64,000 bases of DNA from IMG/VR virus record IMGVR_UViG_3300032309_001318, positions 1 to 64,000 of that record, one strand, 5' to 3'. Numbering within the stretch: the stretch's first letter is position 1; each line of letters opens with the position of its first letter. Below, piece by piece: positions 47,057 through 58,261 of the stretch. Under the pieces are notes generated by a model. That model was not told the DNA's origin. It did no database searches and saw only the letters and a program-made list of their open reading frames with translations. This DNA comes from a virus. A program made the translations under genes and the position numbers.

Positions 47057-47526
47057 CAACAGTAACAATGCCTAGAGGATCTATACTTCAAATTCAAGGG
47101 TATGACGCATCTGCAAATGGCGGAGATGGTTCATTAAAATACAATAAAGTTTCAGAACACAATAGATCTCAATTTGATATTTCAACTGATCGCATTGAAA
47201 AGCAACAAAGAATGTCTAATGGAACACTTAGAAAGTTTTTTATAGCAGACAAAAAAACATTTACCTTGTCATGGGACATGCTTCCATCATATAGAACATT
47301 AACAGTTGATGGTGCATGGGGAGCAGAAGATTTAAGAACATTTTACAGTAGTGCCCAAGGGCAGTCATCATTTAATATTAGAGTAAATTTAGCAAAAAAT
47401 GGAACTAATCAGGAGGCAGCAAATTATGAAGAGTACACAGTTGTGTTTAGCGACTGTAACTTTACAGTATTAAAACGAGGCTTACAGCCATTTTGGAATG
47501 TATCAATAACACTGGTAGAGGTCTAA
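47053..47526 (+). CDS. Distal tail protein (Dit-like)
   Basis: Follows tape measure; R..NGTLR...K.TFTLSW..LP. Confidence 0.65.
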   Translation: MTTVTMPRGSILQIQGYDASANGGDGSLKYNKVSEHNRSQFDISTDRIEKQQRMSNGTLRKFFIADKKTFTLSWDMLPSYRTLTVDGAWGAEDLRTFYSSAQGQSSFNIRVNLAKNGTNQEAANYEEYTVVFSDCNFTVLKRGLQPFWNVSITLVEV

Positions 47527-47527
47527 A

Positions 47528-49561
47528 ATGATAACAGCTTCAACTAATTTAAAGAATACACTTTATAATAACACTAACATTCAAATAGACTCAGGATGCT
47601 ATATTGAATATAACATGAATAATATGCTTGACAATATTTCTGCAACAAACAATATCTCTGATTCGTCATACACAGGTCAAATTACCAATGCAATAGGGCA
47701 AGCATCTTGGCCCTCAAGCCGACCAAATCCTTATAAAAAATTATTCCCCGTAGACTCATTAATAAAACCCTTTAGGCCTTTAAGCTCAGGAATTAAATAT
47801 TTTATTATGGCAGATGCTGATACATACACAAATTCATTTTCATCATACAGATCAGTAAAGTACCCAGAGACACAACCAAGAATATATTATCCTGGAGTTG
47901 AAACATTTTACAAGTATTGGGTAACACCTATAAACACGGGCGCAAATGTAACAGTTAATTATGCAACATCTGGTACACGGTATGCCCTTACAAATAAAAT
48001 AGTATTAAGATTTGAAAAAAACCATACACTGCCATCAACTTATACTGTAACAATAACAAAATCAGATAACACTCAAACAATAATTGCAAATGCTTTGTCG
48101 ACTCCATCTAGCGGAAATGTGGAGTTATATTATAATGGAACTTCTTGGTCTGCCACACAACCAACAGAGCCAATGTCTTTTGGATCTCCAATTTCAATTA
48201 AATCAATTACAGTTACAACACCAAGTGCTGGTGTTGGTAAAATTATAGGATTGATAGAGGTATCAGCAAGATGGATTAAAGACATATCATCGGATGTTGT
48301 ATCTTTTCAAATTAATAAAGAGTCTTCTTCATCATCCGAAGACATCTTGCCAGTAGGAAAAGTAACGGCAAATAGTTTAAACTTAAGTTTGGCTAAGTAC
48401 AATCAGTCAGCACCTCAATATATTTCATACAATAGGACCTCAACATTGGATAGTTCATTAACCTATATTTACAAAAATGCAATTTTAAATCCGTATTTTA
48501 AAATATATCATTCAAACGGAGCAATAACAGAAGGCTCCAAAAAATACGATAAAGTTTCTCAAGGATACTACTATACAGACAGTTGGGAGATAGATACTTA
48601 CGGAGAATCATCAATAACAGCATTAGATAATACAAAGTATTTAATGGAGACGGTAGCCCCAGACATACTGTGTGAATACTATCCCGCAACTGCAGTTATA
48701 AGAAGGCTGCTAGATTCCGTAGGATTTACAAATTACTCATTTAACCTAACATCAGATACCGATTCGTCTATTCCATTTATTAATTATTTTTGGACAGATG
48801 GCTCTAAGACTGTATGGGAAAATATTCAAGAGCTATGTAGAGACATACAAATGAATGCCGTTATGGACGAAAACAATATTTTACAGTTTTATAGCAGAAA
48901 TTATATGTATTCAAGAACAGAAAAAACTTGGAATTTCTATTATGAAAAAGATGGGGACTCTCTTCCAAATATAATTGATTTTGATCAAAAAGAAATAGCC
49001 TCTGCCAACCAAGTTAAAGTTTTATGGTCTACTCCAATATCATCTAGTTATTTAGGTGCGTCTGGCCCACTGTGGCAGTCACCGACTTCATATTTAATTG
49101 CTGGTGGATTGAAAGAAACTTTAACGTCAACTAGTACTAAAATAATATTAGATTTAGGAACTTTAGATAAATATAGCAAATTCCAATCTGGATTTAATTT
49201 TAACGGATACTTTATGATAGACTCAGAAATAATAGAGTTTGATGCAATAGGTTATCAATATATTCCAAAAGAACTAAGCCCTTCTACAATTTATGACGCA
49301 TTAACAGAAACAAACGTTTCAAATAATGGATCGAACTTTATAAATATTTGGATAGAAAACTCAGCAGATGTAAATAAATATAGAAACTTTTCAAAAGTAG
49401 GAACTGCAGACATAAACTCAGAAATTTACTTTAAACCAAACGGAGCATATAGAGTTAAAGCAAGAGGTGCTCTGGGAACTACAGCAGCGGCACATAATGC
49501 TAGCGGTGTGCCCTCAACAGAATATTTTTGGACTGGAACTTTGGTGACTCAAAATGCGTGA
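47528..49561 (+). CDS. Tail tip/hub protein, N-terminal part
   Basis: Synteny; TVWENIQELC...DENNILQF hub-like motif. Confidence 0.7.
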   Translation: MITASTNLKNTLYNNTNIQIDSGCYIEYNMNNMLDNISATNNISDSSYTGQITNAIGQASWPSSRPNPYKKLFPVDSLIKPFRPLSSGIKYFIMADADTYTNSFSSYRSVKYPETQPRIYYPGVETFYKYWVTPINTGANVTVNYATSGTRYALTNKIVLRFEKNHTLPSTYTVTITKSDNTQTIIANALSTPSSGNVELYYNGTSWSATQPTEPMSFGSPISIKSITVTTPSAGVGKIIGLIEVSARWIKDISSDVVSFQINKESSSSSEDILPVGKVTANSLNLSLAKYNQSAPQYISYNRTSTLDSSLTYIYKNAILNPYFKIYHSNGAITEGSKKYDKVSQGYYYTDSWEIDTYGESSITALDNTKYLMETVAPDILCEYYPATAVIRRLLDSVGFTNYSFNLTSDTDSSIPFINYFWTDGSKTVWENIQELCRDIQMNAVMDENNILQFYSRNYMYSRTEKTWNFYYEKDGDSLPNIIDFDQKEIASANQVKVLWSTPISSSYLGASGPLWQSPTSYLIAGGLKETLTSTSTKIILDLGTLDKYSKFQSGFNFNGYFMIDSEIIEFDAIGYQYIPKELSPSTIYDALTETNVSNNGSNFINIWIENSADVNKYRNFSKVGTADINSEIYFKPNGAYRVKARGALGTTAAAHNASGVPSTEYFWTGTLVTQNA

Positions 49562-51263
49562 TATATATCCAATTGGAGGATCCTACACTGGGCTAGCATT
49601 TGTTAAAAATTTAGTAATAAAACCACTCTCATACACCTCAGTAGAAATAAATATAGACACGTACGAATGGTCTGTTAACCCAACATCGTACAGTATTTAT
49701 ATACAAAAAAAGATATACTCTGGCGGGGTGTGGGTAAACGACCCAGCATCTGCAGAAGTTTCATTAAGCAAAACTGCCGATCCTTTTGTTATTGATAATT
49801 TAATCATGGGAGCAACCTATGATTTTCAAGTAGTGCCATATCTAAATTCAAACATGGGCTACGGAATACAGCAAAAAGATTACACAATGCCAACTGATGG
49901 AATTTCCATACAAACGCTTTCATCTACTCCAAAAGATTTTAAAGTGGCAAAATCATACATGGCTTTATCTGTTACAGAGCAAGACTACTTGGCAAAAAGA
50001 TACGCTATTGCTTCTAGAGAATTTCCAGCTATCGTTGTTCCAACAACAAAAACAGTTTCTCAGGTAAATGGAAATGAATACAATGTGGGATACTTTTCTT
50101 ATGGCACTAGTTTAATTTTAGATAATACTGTTGAAAATCCAAATCAGATGGGGGGTCTGGGATTTTTTGTAAATAGCTTGGGGCAAACTGGATACTATAT
50201 TTTAATAGAATCCACATCGTCAGCAGCAGCAGCAGATAAAAAATCAGTAAGAATTGTTAAGTTTGTAGGAAATAAAGTAAAGCCATTAAAAGAAATTGGA
50301 ACAAGAACAGAGTCTACAGTAGAAGGAATCTATGGCGGAAGAATATATAATATTGATGTAAAAGTAAAAATAGAAAACAGAGTCGTAAATATTGATGCTT
50401 ATATAAATGGCTATAAAGTTAGCTATCAAGACTCAACCGTTAAAACAGCAAATAAGGTTGCCCTACTAGAAACATCTATTCTTGCACCAACTAATAAAGT
50501 TGCAGTTATATGTGGCCGTGGCGAAGTTGCATTTGATTATGTTTACGGAAATGAATTAAAAGATTATCAGTACGTAGATGCAAGCTTTGATGTAAATCTA
50601 TATCAAGGTCAATTTGGAAATGATTTAATTAATACTTCATTTGGAGACCTCTCATATGTCGGAAACTATTCTCAAGATGAGATAGCGATTGGAAACAAAA
50701 AGCTAACCGCTCTAGACGAGTTTGGAACAGTTGTAAGAGAAATTTTAAAAGTAGATGTTAAATATGATACAAGGCCATCGTATCCAATTAAATGGAGCAC
50801 TGGTATAAATCAATATGCAAGTATTATTGGTCAAAAAATATCTAACTTTGGAGCACAAGCATATATATTAAACAATACATCTACTAGCATACCAGTATCA
50901 AATGGACTTGAAGCAAGCCTTTATATATATGGAAATACTTTAGGAAGTTCTGGGGAGCTAGAATATAAAACAGACGGGCTAAATGATTACGCAACTGCAG
51001 AGCCAGTTATATTTCAATCTTCATGGCTTCAAAACGAAGCGGACGTAAAAGCCCTTGCCTTATGGATTAAAAGTAATGTTATTAACAAAGGTAAACTAGT
51101 AGATATGTCAATATTTGGAAACCCACTTATTTCGGTAGGAGACATAGTTGGAATTAACTACTCTTATCATGGATTATCTGGAGAAGGAAATTTTATAGTA
51201 ACTAATGTAAAGCATTCATATTCTCAAGGACTGGAGACTCAAATAACCTGTCGAACCTTATAG
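49554..51263 (+). CDS. Tail tip protein with FN3 domain and hub-like C-terminus
   Basis: NLIMGATYDFQV; GNPLISVGDIV...FIVTNVKHS. Confidence 0.7.
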   Translation: MRDIYPIGGSYTGLAFVKNLVIKPLSYTSVEINIDTYEWSVNPTSYSIYIQKKIYSGGVWVNDPASAEVSLSKTADPFVIDNLIMGATYDFQVVPYLNSNMGYGIQQKDYTMPTDGISIQTLSSTPKDFKVAKSYMALSVTEQDYLAKRYAIASREFPAIVVPTTKTVSQVNGNEYNVGYFSYGTSLILDNTVENPNQMGGLGFFVNSLGQTGYYILIESTSSAAAADKKSVRIVKFVGNKVKPLKEIGTRTESTVEGIYGGRIYNIDVKVKIENRVVNIDAYINGYKVSYQDSTVKTANKVALLETSILAPTNKVAVICGRGEVAFDYVYGNELKDYQYVDASFDVNLYQGQFGNDLINTSFGDLSYVGNYSQDEIAIGNKKLTALDEFGTVVREILKVDVKYDTRPSYPIKWSTGINQYASIIGQKISNFGAQAYILNNTSTSIPVSNGLEASLYIYGNTLGSSGELEYKTDGLNDYATAEPVIFQSSWLQNEADVKALALWIKSNVINKGKLVDMSIFGNPLISVGDIVGINYSYHGLSGEGNFIVTNVKHSYSQGLETQITCRTL

Positions 51264-51283
51264 GCGAAATGGTATAATAAAAT

Positions 51284-52084
51284 ATGGCTAAAAATATTAG
51301 AACAGACATTAAGGATATCACTAGAGGATCAGTAATAGCCCTTCCAGTAGACCACCCAGACGCTATACATCTGCATCCAAATGACTATATTGCAGTTAAA
51401 GGTGGATCAATAGACTATTCTAAATATTTAAATTCTAATCCTTACGCATACATATCTACACCAGACACATTAGAAAATCAAGATATTTTAGCGGGAGATC
51501 CAATAACAATAGATGAAATGTTAGACATTCCATCATTAAGCGATATAGAGAGCGTTGTTTATGAACCATATTATGACACTGTTTCTAAATTACAAAAAGT
51601 TAGAGCATTAATTAAAATTAGAAACTCCAGTAAAAATCCAACTAATATTGCAGGTGTAGACGCAAGAATATTTAACCCTAGCACAATAGTGCCAGTTGTT
51701 TCAAATACAAGCACTACAAAGTCTGTAGAATTTATTACTCCGTCTCCAGGTGTCCCAAATGTTGTATTCAAAAGAGACTCAACCGCAATTGCATGGGGTT
51801 GGGACAATGTTTCTGGACTTGGATCATATTCTTCTGTATCATATCAATGGATAATTAGCTCATCAAGCGGAGCCTCAGCAGCAACATTAGATAGCGGAAC
51901 ATTAACATACTCAACATCTACAAGTAAGCAAATAGGAATTGGTGGAAGCATGAAGCAGTATAGAGTAAGTTCTAGAGATGGAAATACTAGTGCTACATCT
52001 TCACCAAGATGGCTAAGAGTAAGGACAGTTGTAGTGGGAACAAATGGTACTACATATAGTTCTAGTTACTCTACACCAATTTAA
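51284..52084 (+). CDS. Minor tail protein
   Basis: Ser/Thr-rich C-terminal module paralogous to end of 55097-57532. Confidence 0.65.
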   Translation: MAKNIRTDIKDITRGSVIALPVDHPDAIHLHPNDYIAVKGGSIDYSKYLNSNPYAYISTPDTLENQDILAGDPITIDEMLDIPSLSDIESVVYEPYYDTVSKLQKVRALIKIRNSSKNPTNIAGVDARIFNPSTIVPVVSNTSTTKSVEFITPSPGVPNVVFKRDSTAIAWGWDNVSGLGSYSSVSYQWIISSSSGASAATLDSGTLTYSTSTSKQIGIGGSMKQYRVSSRDGNTSATSSPRWLRVRTVVVGTNGTTYSSSYSTPI

Positions 52085-52094
52085 TAGGAGAATA

Positions 52095-53165
52095 ATGATA
52101 ACAAAATTTGGAAAAAGATTTTTAACCGATCAAATGGCTGGCAACGTATCTGGTTTAAATAAGGACATTGCCATAGGAATTGACTACACCGCAGATACTG
52201 AAAATGATACTAGACTTGGGTTCGAGTTCTACAGAGTTCCAGTTTCATTTGGAACTACAGATATACAAACATTAGACGGAATCACATCTTACTCAGTAAT
52301 TTTTAAAGCAACAATTCCACAAGATGTTGAAGGTCACATTAACGAGATAGGTCTTTATCCATCAACAAGGTCTTCAATAAATAACTTTGACAGTAAATTT
52401 ATAACAGATTTTGCAACCTACACAGACTGGACAGACACAGACGGATTTAAATCAGACTATTTAACTGGAAGCCAAAGAATTGGAAACACTATACTACTTA
52501 TGCAGTCAGCTGCAACTTCTGCAAACGAATATATTCAAAACACAGTTAATTTAGATTTATCTGGATATAGCGCTAATGATACTTTAAGATTGGCATATTA
52601 CAAACAAGATGAAAATTTAGCATCTATAAAAATTAGATTCTATAGCTCAGACACAGAATATTTTGAAAAAGTAATTACACCAGCATCTGGGACTGGAAAC
52701 AAATTAACTGCAGACATCCCAATGTCAGAAATTTTTAATGGGGCAACAGCCGTAGCACCAGATAAGTCATCTATTATAAAAATAGGAATAATTATAACCC
52801 CATCTGCAGGACAGACAACTTACGTTGGATTTGATGGATTAAGAATAAATGATGAAGACACATTTGATCCAAACTTTGGATTAATTGGAAGATCTGTTGT
52901 ATCTACAACAACTACAGTGTCTGGAGTATCTGGGCAAAGTACTATAACGGTAGGTTCTGTTAATAATTTATTTATAGGACAACCCGTATCTGGAACTGGA
53001 ATAGCGACAGGTGCTTTAATTAGCAGCATATCAGATACAACAATTACCCTTTCATTAAGCAATACAGGAACAGTTTCTGGAAATGGAACTTTTTATGGAA
53101 TTAAAAAACTTGCTGGAAGATCTTTAGATCTTGAGTATAAATTAGATTTGGACTGGAATATCTAG
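52095..53165 (+). CDS. Baseplate/minor tail protein
   Basis: MITKFGKRF...IAIG...L.FEFYR...INEIGLY; AGGAG RBS. Confidence 0.7.
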   Translation: MITKFGKRFLTDQMAGNVSGLNKDIAIGIDYTADTENDTRLGFEFYRVPVSFGTTDIQTLDGITSYSVIFKATIPQDVEGHINEIGLYPSTRSSINNFDSKFITDFATYTDWTDTDGFKSDYLTGSQRIGNTILLMQSAATSANEYIQNTVNLDLSGYSANDTLRLAYYKQDENLASIKIRFYSSDTEYFEKVITPASGTGNKLTADIPMSEIFNGATAVAPDKSSIIKIGIIITPSAGQTTYVGFDGLRINDEDTFDPNFGLIGRSVVSTTTTVSGVSGQSTITVGSVNNLFIGQPVSGTGIATGALISSISDTTITLSLSNTGTVSGNGTFYGIKKLAGRSLDLEYKLDLDWNI

Positions 53166-53166
53166 G

Positions 53167-55092
53167 ATGGCAGCGTATCAAGATTTGTTAAAAGATAACT
53201 CCGTTGCAGTTGAAAACGGAAATTATTTTATTGTAACAGTAACAGACCTTGATTTAAATGAAAACTATCCAATTCAATTTAGATGGAAATACCAAGATGG
53301 CACATTTGGATTATGGTCAGCATCTAAACTATTAACAACCATAGGAGAAACTTTACCAGGAAGTCCAAATTTATCTTTAACAGATGTTGTTGGCGATGAT
53401 GGATTTATTAAAATTACTTGGAACGGTAATGATAAATCTGGTAAGCCAATAACAAATATAGATAGAGTAGATATTTTTATTGATGGATCTCCATTTGATG
53501 CAACAAAAGCTGCAGCAAGCTTTAAGGTAGCTGGAACACAAACAATAGCAGCACCAGCAGGAGATTATTTAGTAGCTCTATACGCTATTTCAAGCTATGG
53601 AAGTAAATCAGCGGTCAGCGATGCAAGACTTGTAACTGTTTATAAATCTGGACAATCTGCTATAAACCCAGAAGACCCTTCTGCACCAGAAGTAACAGCA
53701 GGACTAGCATCAGTAATTGTTGAGTGGGATGGAAAGAAAAATGACGGAGAAGGCGGAGTTGAAAATTTTACTCCAGGGTCTTTTGCGGGAGCAAAAGTAT
53801 TTATTGGTACCACTGCAGATTTTGTCACAAGTGATAACAATTGGGTACATACATTAAACTTTGCAAACGGATCTAATAAGGTTTCAATAGGAGTAGGCAC
53901 AGTTATTAATAAATCTACTGGCGCTACATTACAATATGGAGTTCCTTATTATGTAAAAATAGACACAATTAATTCTAATAATTTAGCCAACGGACAACCA
54001 GTATCAGCAAGCGGAAACCCAATAACAGTAGATATGCTTCCTGCAAGCGAAATTAAAACAGGATTCCTAGACGCAGATGCTTATATTAAAGCTGGCGCAA
54101 GTGGTGGAGCAAGAGTTGAAATAGGTGGATCTACTACACCATTAGTTATTTATGGAACAGATGGAACAACAGAATTATTAAAATTTACTGGAGGGTCTAC
54201 AGGAACATTAGCTATTAATGGATCTGGAACATTTACTGGAAATCTTTCTATTGGCACAGGCGATACAGTTTTCAAAGCAGAGCCAGCAACTGGAATATGG
54301 CTAGGAGACGCAGACTATGCAGACGCAGATTTTAGAGTTGCAACAAATGGTGTTATAAGAGCAAAAGCAGGAACTGTTGGAGGATGGAACTTAGCAGAAT
54401 CGTATTTACAAAACTCAACAGGTACACTTAAAATAAATAGCGGAGATAGTCCATCTATTTATCTGGGGCCAGCTTCTGGCGCACATATAAGACTGTCACC
54501 AGATTCAATAACACATTATAATGGCGGATCACCAAGTAATAAGTTTACATTAACAACATCAAACGGAAATATATATTTATCTGGAAATATTACAGCAGGA
54601 TCTAATATTACTGGATCTACAATTACTGGAAGTACCATAACTGGATCAGATATTAGCTCTACTGGTATCGGGGCCTATAACGGTACACTAACAATAAGTG
54701 GAGGATACATAACTCATGGCAGCGGAGTTTGGATTAACTCTCCTGAATTTTCAGTAGGTACATTTGCTGGTAACGTTGGATATTTTAGTACAAAAACAGA
54801 TGGAAGCTCTTATTTAGGAAATAGTAATTCATCTAGTTTAGCTTTTAGAATAGATATTTCCCAATCTGGAACTTTTGCAAGGGGATACCATTTAAATAAT
54901 CTTGGAGCCGCAGAGTTCCATCAGCCAGATCCAAACGGGTACAGTCCATCAAGAACAGTTGTTGTTGGAGACGGTGATGGTTGGCTACACACAGGAAGAG
55001 CATTTTACTATGGATCACAAGGAACTTCTTCAACAATTAATAGTGTAACTGGCTCCGCCCGAATAGGCGACATATTTTTTAGTACGAGTTGA
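53167..55092 (+). CDS. Tail fibre/spike protein with FN3-like domains
   Basis: ITWNG/VEWDG FN3-like units; AGTVGGW; ITGST repeats. Confidence 0.72.
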   Translation: MAAYQDLLKDNSVAVENGNYFIVTVTDLDLNENYPIQFRWKYQDGTFGLWSASKLLTTIGETLPGSPNLSLTDVVGDDGFIKITWNGNDKSGKPITNIDRVDIFIDGSPFDATKAAASFKVAGTQTIAAPAGDYLVALYAISSYGSKSAVSDARLVTVYKSGQSAINPEDPSAPEVTAGLASVIVEWDGKKNDGEGGVENFTPGSFAGAKVFIGTTADFVTSDNNWVHTLNFANGSNKVSIGVGTVINKSTGATLQYGVPYYVKIDTINSNNLANGQPVSASGNPITVDMLPASEIKTGFLDADAYIKAGASGGARVEIGGSTTPLVIYGTDGTTELLKFTGGSTGTLAINGSGTFTGNLSIGTGDTVFKAEPATGIWLGDADYADADFRVATNGVIRAKAGTVGGWNLAESYLQNSTGTLKINSGDSPSIYLGPASGAHIRLSPDSITHYNGGSPSNKFTLTTSNGNIYLSGNITAGSNITGSTITGSTITGSDISSTGIGAYNGTLTISGGYITHGSGVWINSPEFSVGTFAGNVGYFSTKTDGSSYLGNSNSSSLAFRIDISQSGTFARGYHLNNLGAAEFHQPDPNGYSPSRTVVVGDGDGWLHTGRAFYYGSQGTSSTINSVTGSARIGDIFFSTS

Positions 55093-55096
55093 TAAT

Positions 55097-57532
55097 ATGA
55101 CAGTATGGACAAAAACTGGAAACTCTACTTGGACAAAAATAAACTCTATATTTAATAAAACAGGTGCAACTACTTGGACAGAACTTTTAGGGGTATGGGT
55201 AAAAACGGCAGCAAGTACATGGACAAGAGTATTTACAAGATTGTCAGTTCCAGCCAATACAGTGGCACCAGCAATTACTGGCAGTCAATATTTATACGGC
55301 ACATTAAGTGGAACACTTGGAACATGGACAGCACCAAATGGAACTAACTCTTATGCTAGACTATGGCAAAGTGCTGCAAACAGCAACGGAACTCCAGGAT
55401 CATATTCAAGTACGGGTGGAACATCTAGTACATTTACAACTACTTTAAATGAAAATGGCAGATGGGTTAGATTAAGAGTAACTGCAACAAATTTAAGTGG
55501 AGACTCTGTTGCATTTTCAAATGAAGTTTTAATTACAAAATACGCCCCAGTAGCCTTAACAATTCCAGTAATTAGCGGATCTCCATCAGTTAATTCAACT
55601 TTAACAGCATTAACAACGGTTGGTACATATTGGAAAAATACTACAACAAATTCAGGGGACACAGCACCAGATAGTTTTTCTTATAGATGGCATCAAGGAG
55701 ATACTGGAAATAACATAGGAACAGATTCCTCTACATATATTGTTCAACCCTCCGATATTGATCACACAATAAGAGTAGAAGTAACAGCTACAAATACTGG
55801 TGGATCTGCATCTTCAACAAGCAGTGCAACATCAACAGTCGGTCAGGCGGTAGGAATATCAAATATTGCATTTAAAGATTCAAATGATAATAATGGATTT
55901 AACAATAGAGGTAACTTAGTTACTGCAACATCAACAAAATTAAGTTGGAAAGTTTCTGGTATAAATTCTTTAACAACATTTAGAGTAAGATATAGAGTAT
56001 TTAATAATCAAACCTCAGCGTACTGGAACCCATACACAGTGACAGCAGCAGCTGCATCTGCGGCATGGGATGAATACGTATCTGACTATTACAATACTGG
56101 GGGCATCAGCAATGTAACGATATCAGGTAGTGATGCTTATTTGTATGATGTATTTCAAATTAATGAAACATTTAATGGGTCAACATATGGTGGTGGAATT
56201 TCAAGGTGGACATGGGAGTATGAAATAAGTGCAGTGATAGCTGGAGTTAGATATTATTGGGTACCAGGCGACACTGTTAGTACATCACAAACTAATGATT
56301 ATTATAATATTGATCCTACGTCTTTGGGCACTATTACTGCTACACCAACTTCTGGTGGCCCAGGAACATCTGTAACGTTTTCAGGAACAATTCAGAGTTA
56401 TCCCTCAGCATTAAATTCCTATCCATATGCGTATAGAGTTGTTTATGGAGATGGAAATAGTAGTGGTTGGATCAACCAATCATATGGAACTGCTAATCCA
56501 ACTTACAGCTTATCAAATATCTACAATTCAACTGGATCTTATACCGCTTATGTAGAAACAATACCAAATTATTCATTCAATACAGCATCAGTATCAATTC
56601 AAAATGTCTTAACAGCACCATCTATTTATAATGTAACTGCTGGTGATTCTAGTGGACAACCAGTGTCAGTTTACTTTACTGGAGGGTCTGGTCCTTTTTA
56701 TCAAATGTACTGGACTACTGGATCTGCGCCAACAAGCGCAGTAACACCAGATGGTTCAGGATCATCTAATCCAGTAATTGATCCTTCTGGACCTACTGTT
56801 GCAAGCTCTCCTAGCGTTATTTGGTATGCATATATTAGGTCTGTCTCATCAGTTGGAGAAACAAGTGTTGGTCCTTCAGCACTAGCAAGCGCTTGGAGCG
56901 TTGGATATCAGTTTACTGTTACTCAAGCCCCAATTATTCCTACCATATCTGGATTAAACGCAACTTCAATAGGTACTACTAGCGCAACAATTTCTTGGTC
57001 TTCTACAAATCAATCTTCATATAGTATAAGCGGAGGCCCAACATTTTTAACTGGTACTACCTCTAAGTCAGTAGTTTTAGGTGGTTTATCCCCAAGTACT
57101 TTTTATAATATTACAGTAACGGTAACATCTTCTAGCGGTAACACAGCTGAGGCTAGCGTTGGATTTAATACAGCATCTTCATTCGTTACTCCCTCTATAT
57201 CATTAAGTACTAACCCACCAGCATTTGCTAGATCAGGATCAACATTTAACTGGGGATGGAACAACGCTTTTTGGAGTGGAAGTACTTCTGGAAACCCTAG
57301 CTACCCATGGAGAATTCGTTCTGGAAGCTCTAGTGGAACCATTATTGCCAGCGGAACTAGATCATACACAACAGGAACTAGAAGCGTTGGAGGCACCCAA
57401 TATAATTACAGAATAGGAACAACAGATGGAGATACTCCAACAACTACTGCTGGTAGGTGGGGAAGCTATCAAGCAACAATATTAGGAACTAATGGTCAGA
57501 CATATTCTTCAGGATTCTCGGCTAGCGTATAA
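55097..57532 (+). CDS. Ig-like/FN3 multidomain receptor-binding protein
   Basis: PANTVAPAITG...VTATN Ig repeats; PKD-like YGDG; FN3 GLSPSTFY. Confidence 0.75.
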   Translation: MTVWTKTGNSTWTKINSIFNKTGATTWTELLGVWVKTAASTWTRVFTRLSVPANTVAPAITGSQYLYGTLSGTLGTWTAPNGTNSYARLWQSAANSNGTPGSYSSTGGTSSTFTTTLNENGRWVRLRVTATNLSGDSVAFSNEVLITKYAPVALTIPVISGSPSVNSTLTALTTVGTYWKNTTTNSGDTAPDSFSYRWHQGDTGNNIGTDSSTYIVQPSDIDHTIRVEVTATNTGGSASSTSSATSTVGQAVGISNIAFKDSNDNNGFNNRGNLVTATSTKLSWKVSGINSLTTFRVRYRVFNNQTSAYWNPYTVTAAAASAAWDEYVSDYYNTGGISNVTISGSDAYLYDVFQINETFNGSTYGGGISRWTWEYEISAVIAGVRYYWVPGDTVSTSQTNDYYNIDPTSLGTITATPTSGGPGTSVTFSGTIQSYPSALNSYPYAYRVVYGDGNSSGWINQSYGTANPTYSLSNIYNSTGSYTAYVETIPNYSFNTASVSIQNVLTAPSIYNVTAGDSSGQPVSVYFTGGSGPFYQMYWTTGSAPTSAVTPDGSGSSNPVIDPSGPTVASSPSVIWYAYIRSVSSVGETSVGPSALASAWSVGYQFTVTQAPIIPTISGLNATSIGTTSATISWSSTNQSSYSISGGPTFLTGTTSKSVVLGGLSPSTFYNITVTVTSSSGNTAEASVGFNTASSFVTPSISLSTNPPAFARSGSTFNWGWNNAFWSGSTSGNPSYPWRIRSGSSSGTIIASGTRSYTTGTRSVGGTQYNYRIGTTDGDTPTTTAGRWGSYQATILGTNGQTYSSGFSASV

Positions 57533-57593
57533 AATGACCTTTACAGGTTATTTAAAAATGATATAATAGAACAAATATAAGAAAGGTAAATTA

Positions 57594-57815
57594 ATGACAA
57601 GCCCTGATTTAAATAATGAACAAAAAATAGCAATAATTAATGCCCATATTATGGAATTAAAAGCCGAACAATACAGTCACGAAATTAGAAAAGTAGAACT
57701 AGAAACAATATCAAGCACGGATAATGAAATTTATTCAAATATTGTTAGAATAATTGGAGACTATAATTTACAAATTTCTACTCTAGAGTCTTTAAAATCT
57801 AACTTGCCAGCATGA
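57594..57815 (+). CDS. Small coiled-coil protein
   Basis: Paralogue of 57847-58074; own TGATATAAT and RBS. Confidence 0.7.
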   Translation: MTSPDLNNEQKIAIINAHIMELKAEQYSHEIRKVELETISSTDNEIYSNIVRIIGDYNLQISTLESLKSNLPA

Positions 57816-57846
57816 ATTTAAATGCTATAATACAAAAGGAGGAAAA

Positions 57847-58074
57847 ATGACTATTAACTTAACAAAAGAAGAAAAAGCTCAGATTATATCTTCGCATATC
57901 AAAAATTTAAATTATACAAAATATAATTTAGAAATTGATATTGTTCAGGAAAATGCTAAGGCCACCCCATCAGCAAGTGCATTAACTAATTTTAATACAC
58001 AAATAGATGAGGTTGACGATCAAATAGCAGCACTTCAAACACAACTAACAGCAGTTAATGCTTTAACGGAATAG
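57847..58074 (+). CDS. Small coiled-coil protein
   Basis: L..E.K..II..HI..L...Y..EI motif; AGGAGG RBS. Confidence 0.75.
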   Translation: MTINLTKEEKAQIISSHIKNLNYTKYNLEIDIVQENAKATPSASALTNFNTQIDEVDDQIAALQTQLTAVNALTE

Positions 58075-58081
58075 AGATAAA

Positions 58082-58261
58082 TTGGAAAAAGCAGAACTAG
58101 TAATAACAGCACTACAACAGCGTATAGGGGAAATTGTATCTAATTATGAAACTCAGATTGCAGTACTACGTGCAGAAATTACTCAACTTATTGATGAAAA
58201 GCAGGAACGTGAAAAGTCTATTCAAGAATACTCAGACTCTCTTAATAACATCACCGACTAA
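58082..58261 (+). CDS. Small coiled-coil protein, 59 aa (MEKAELVITALQQRIGEIVSNYETQIAVLRAEIT...)
   Basis: Manual translation; below ORF-track cutoff; heptad pattern. Confidence 0.65.
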   Translation: MEKAELVITALQQRIGEIVSNYETQIAVLRAEITQLIDEKQEREKSIQEYSDSLNNITD

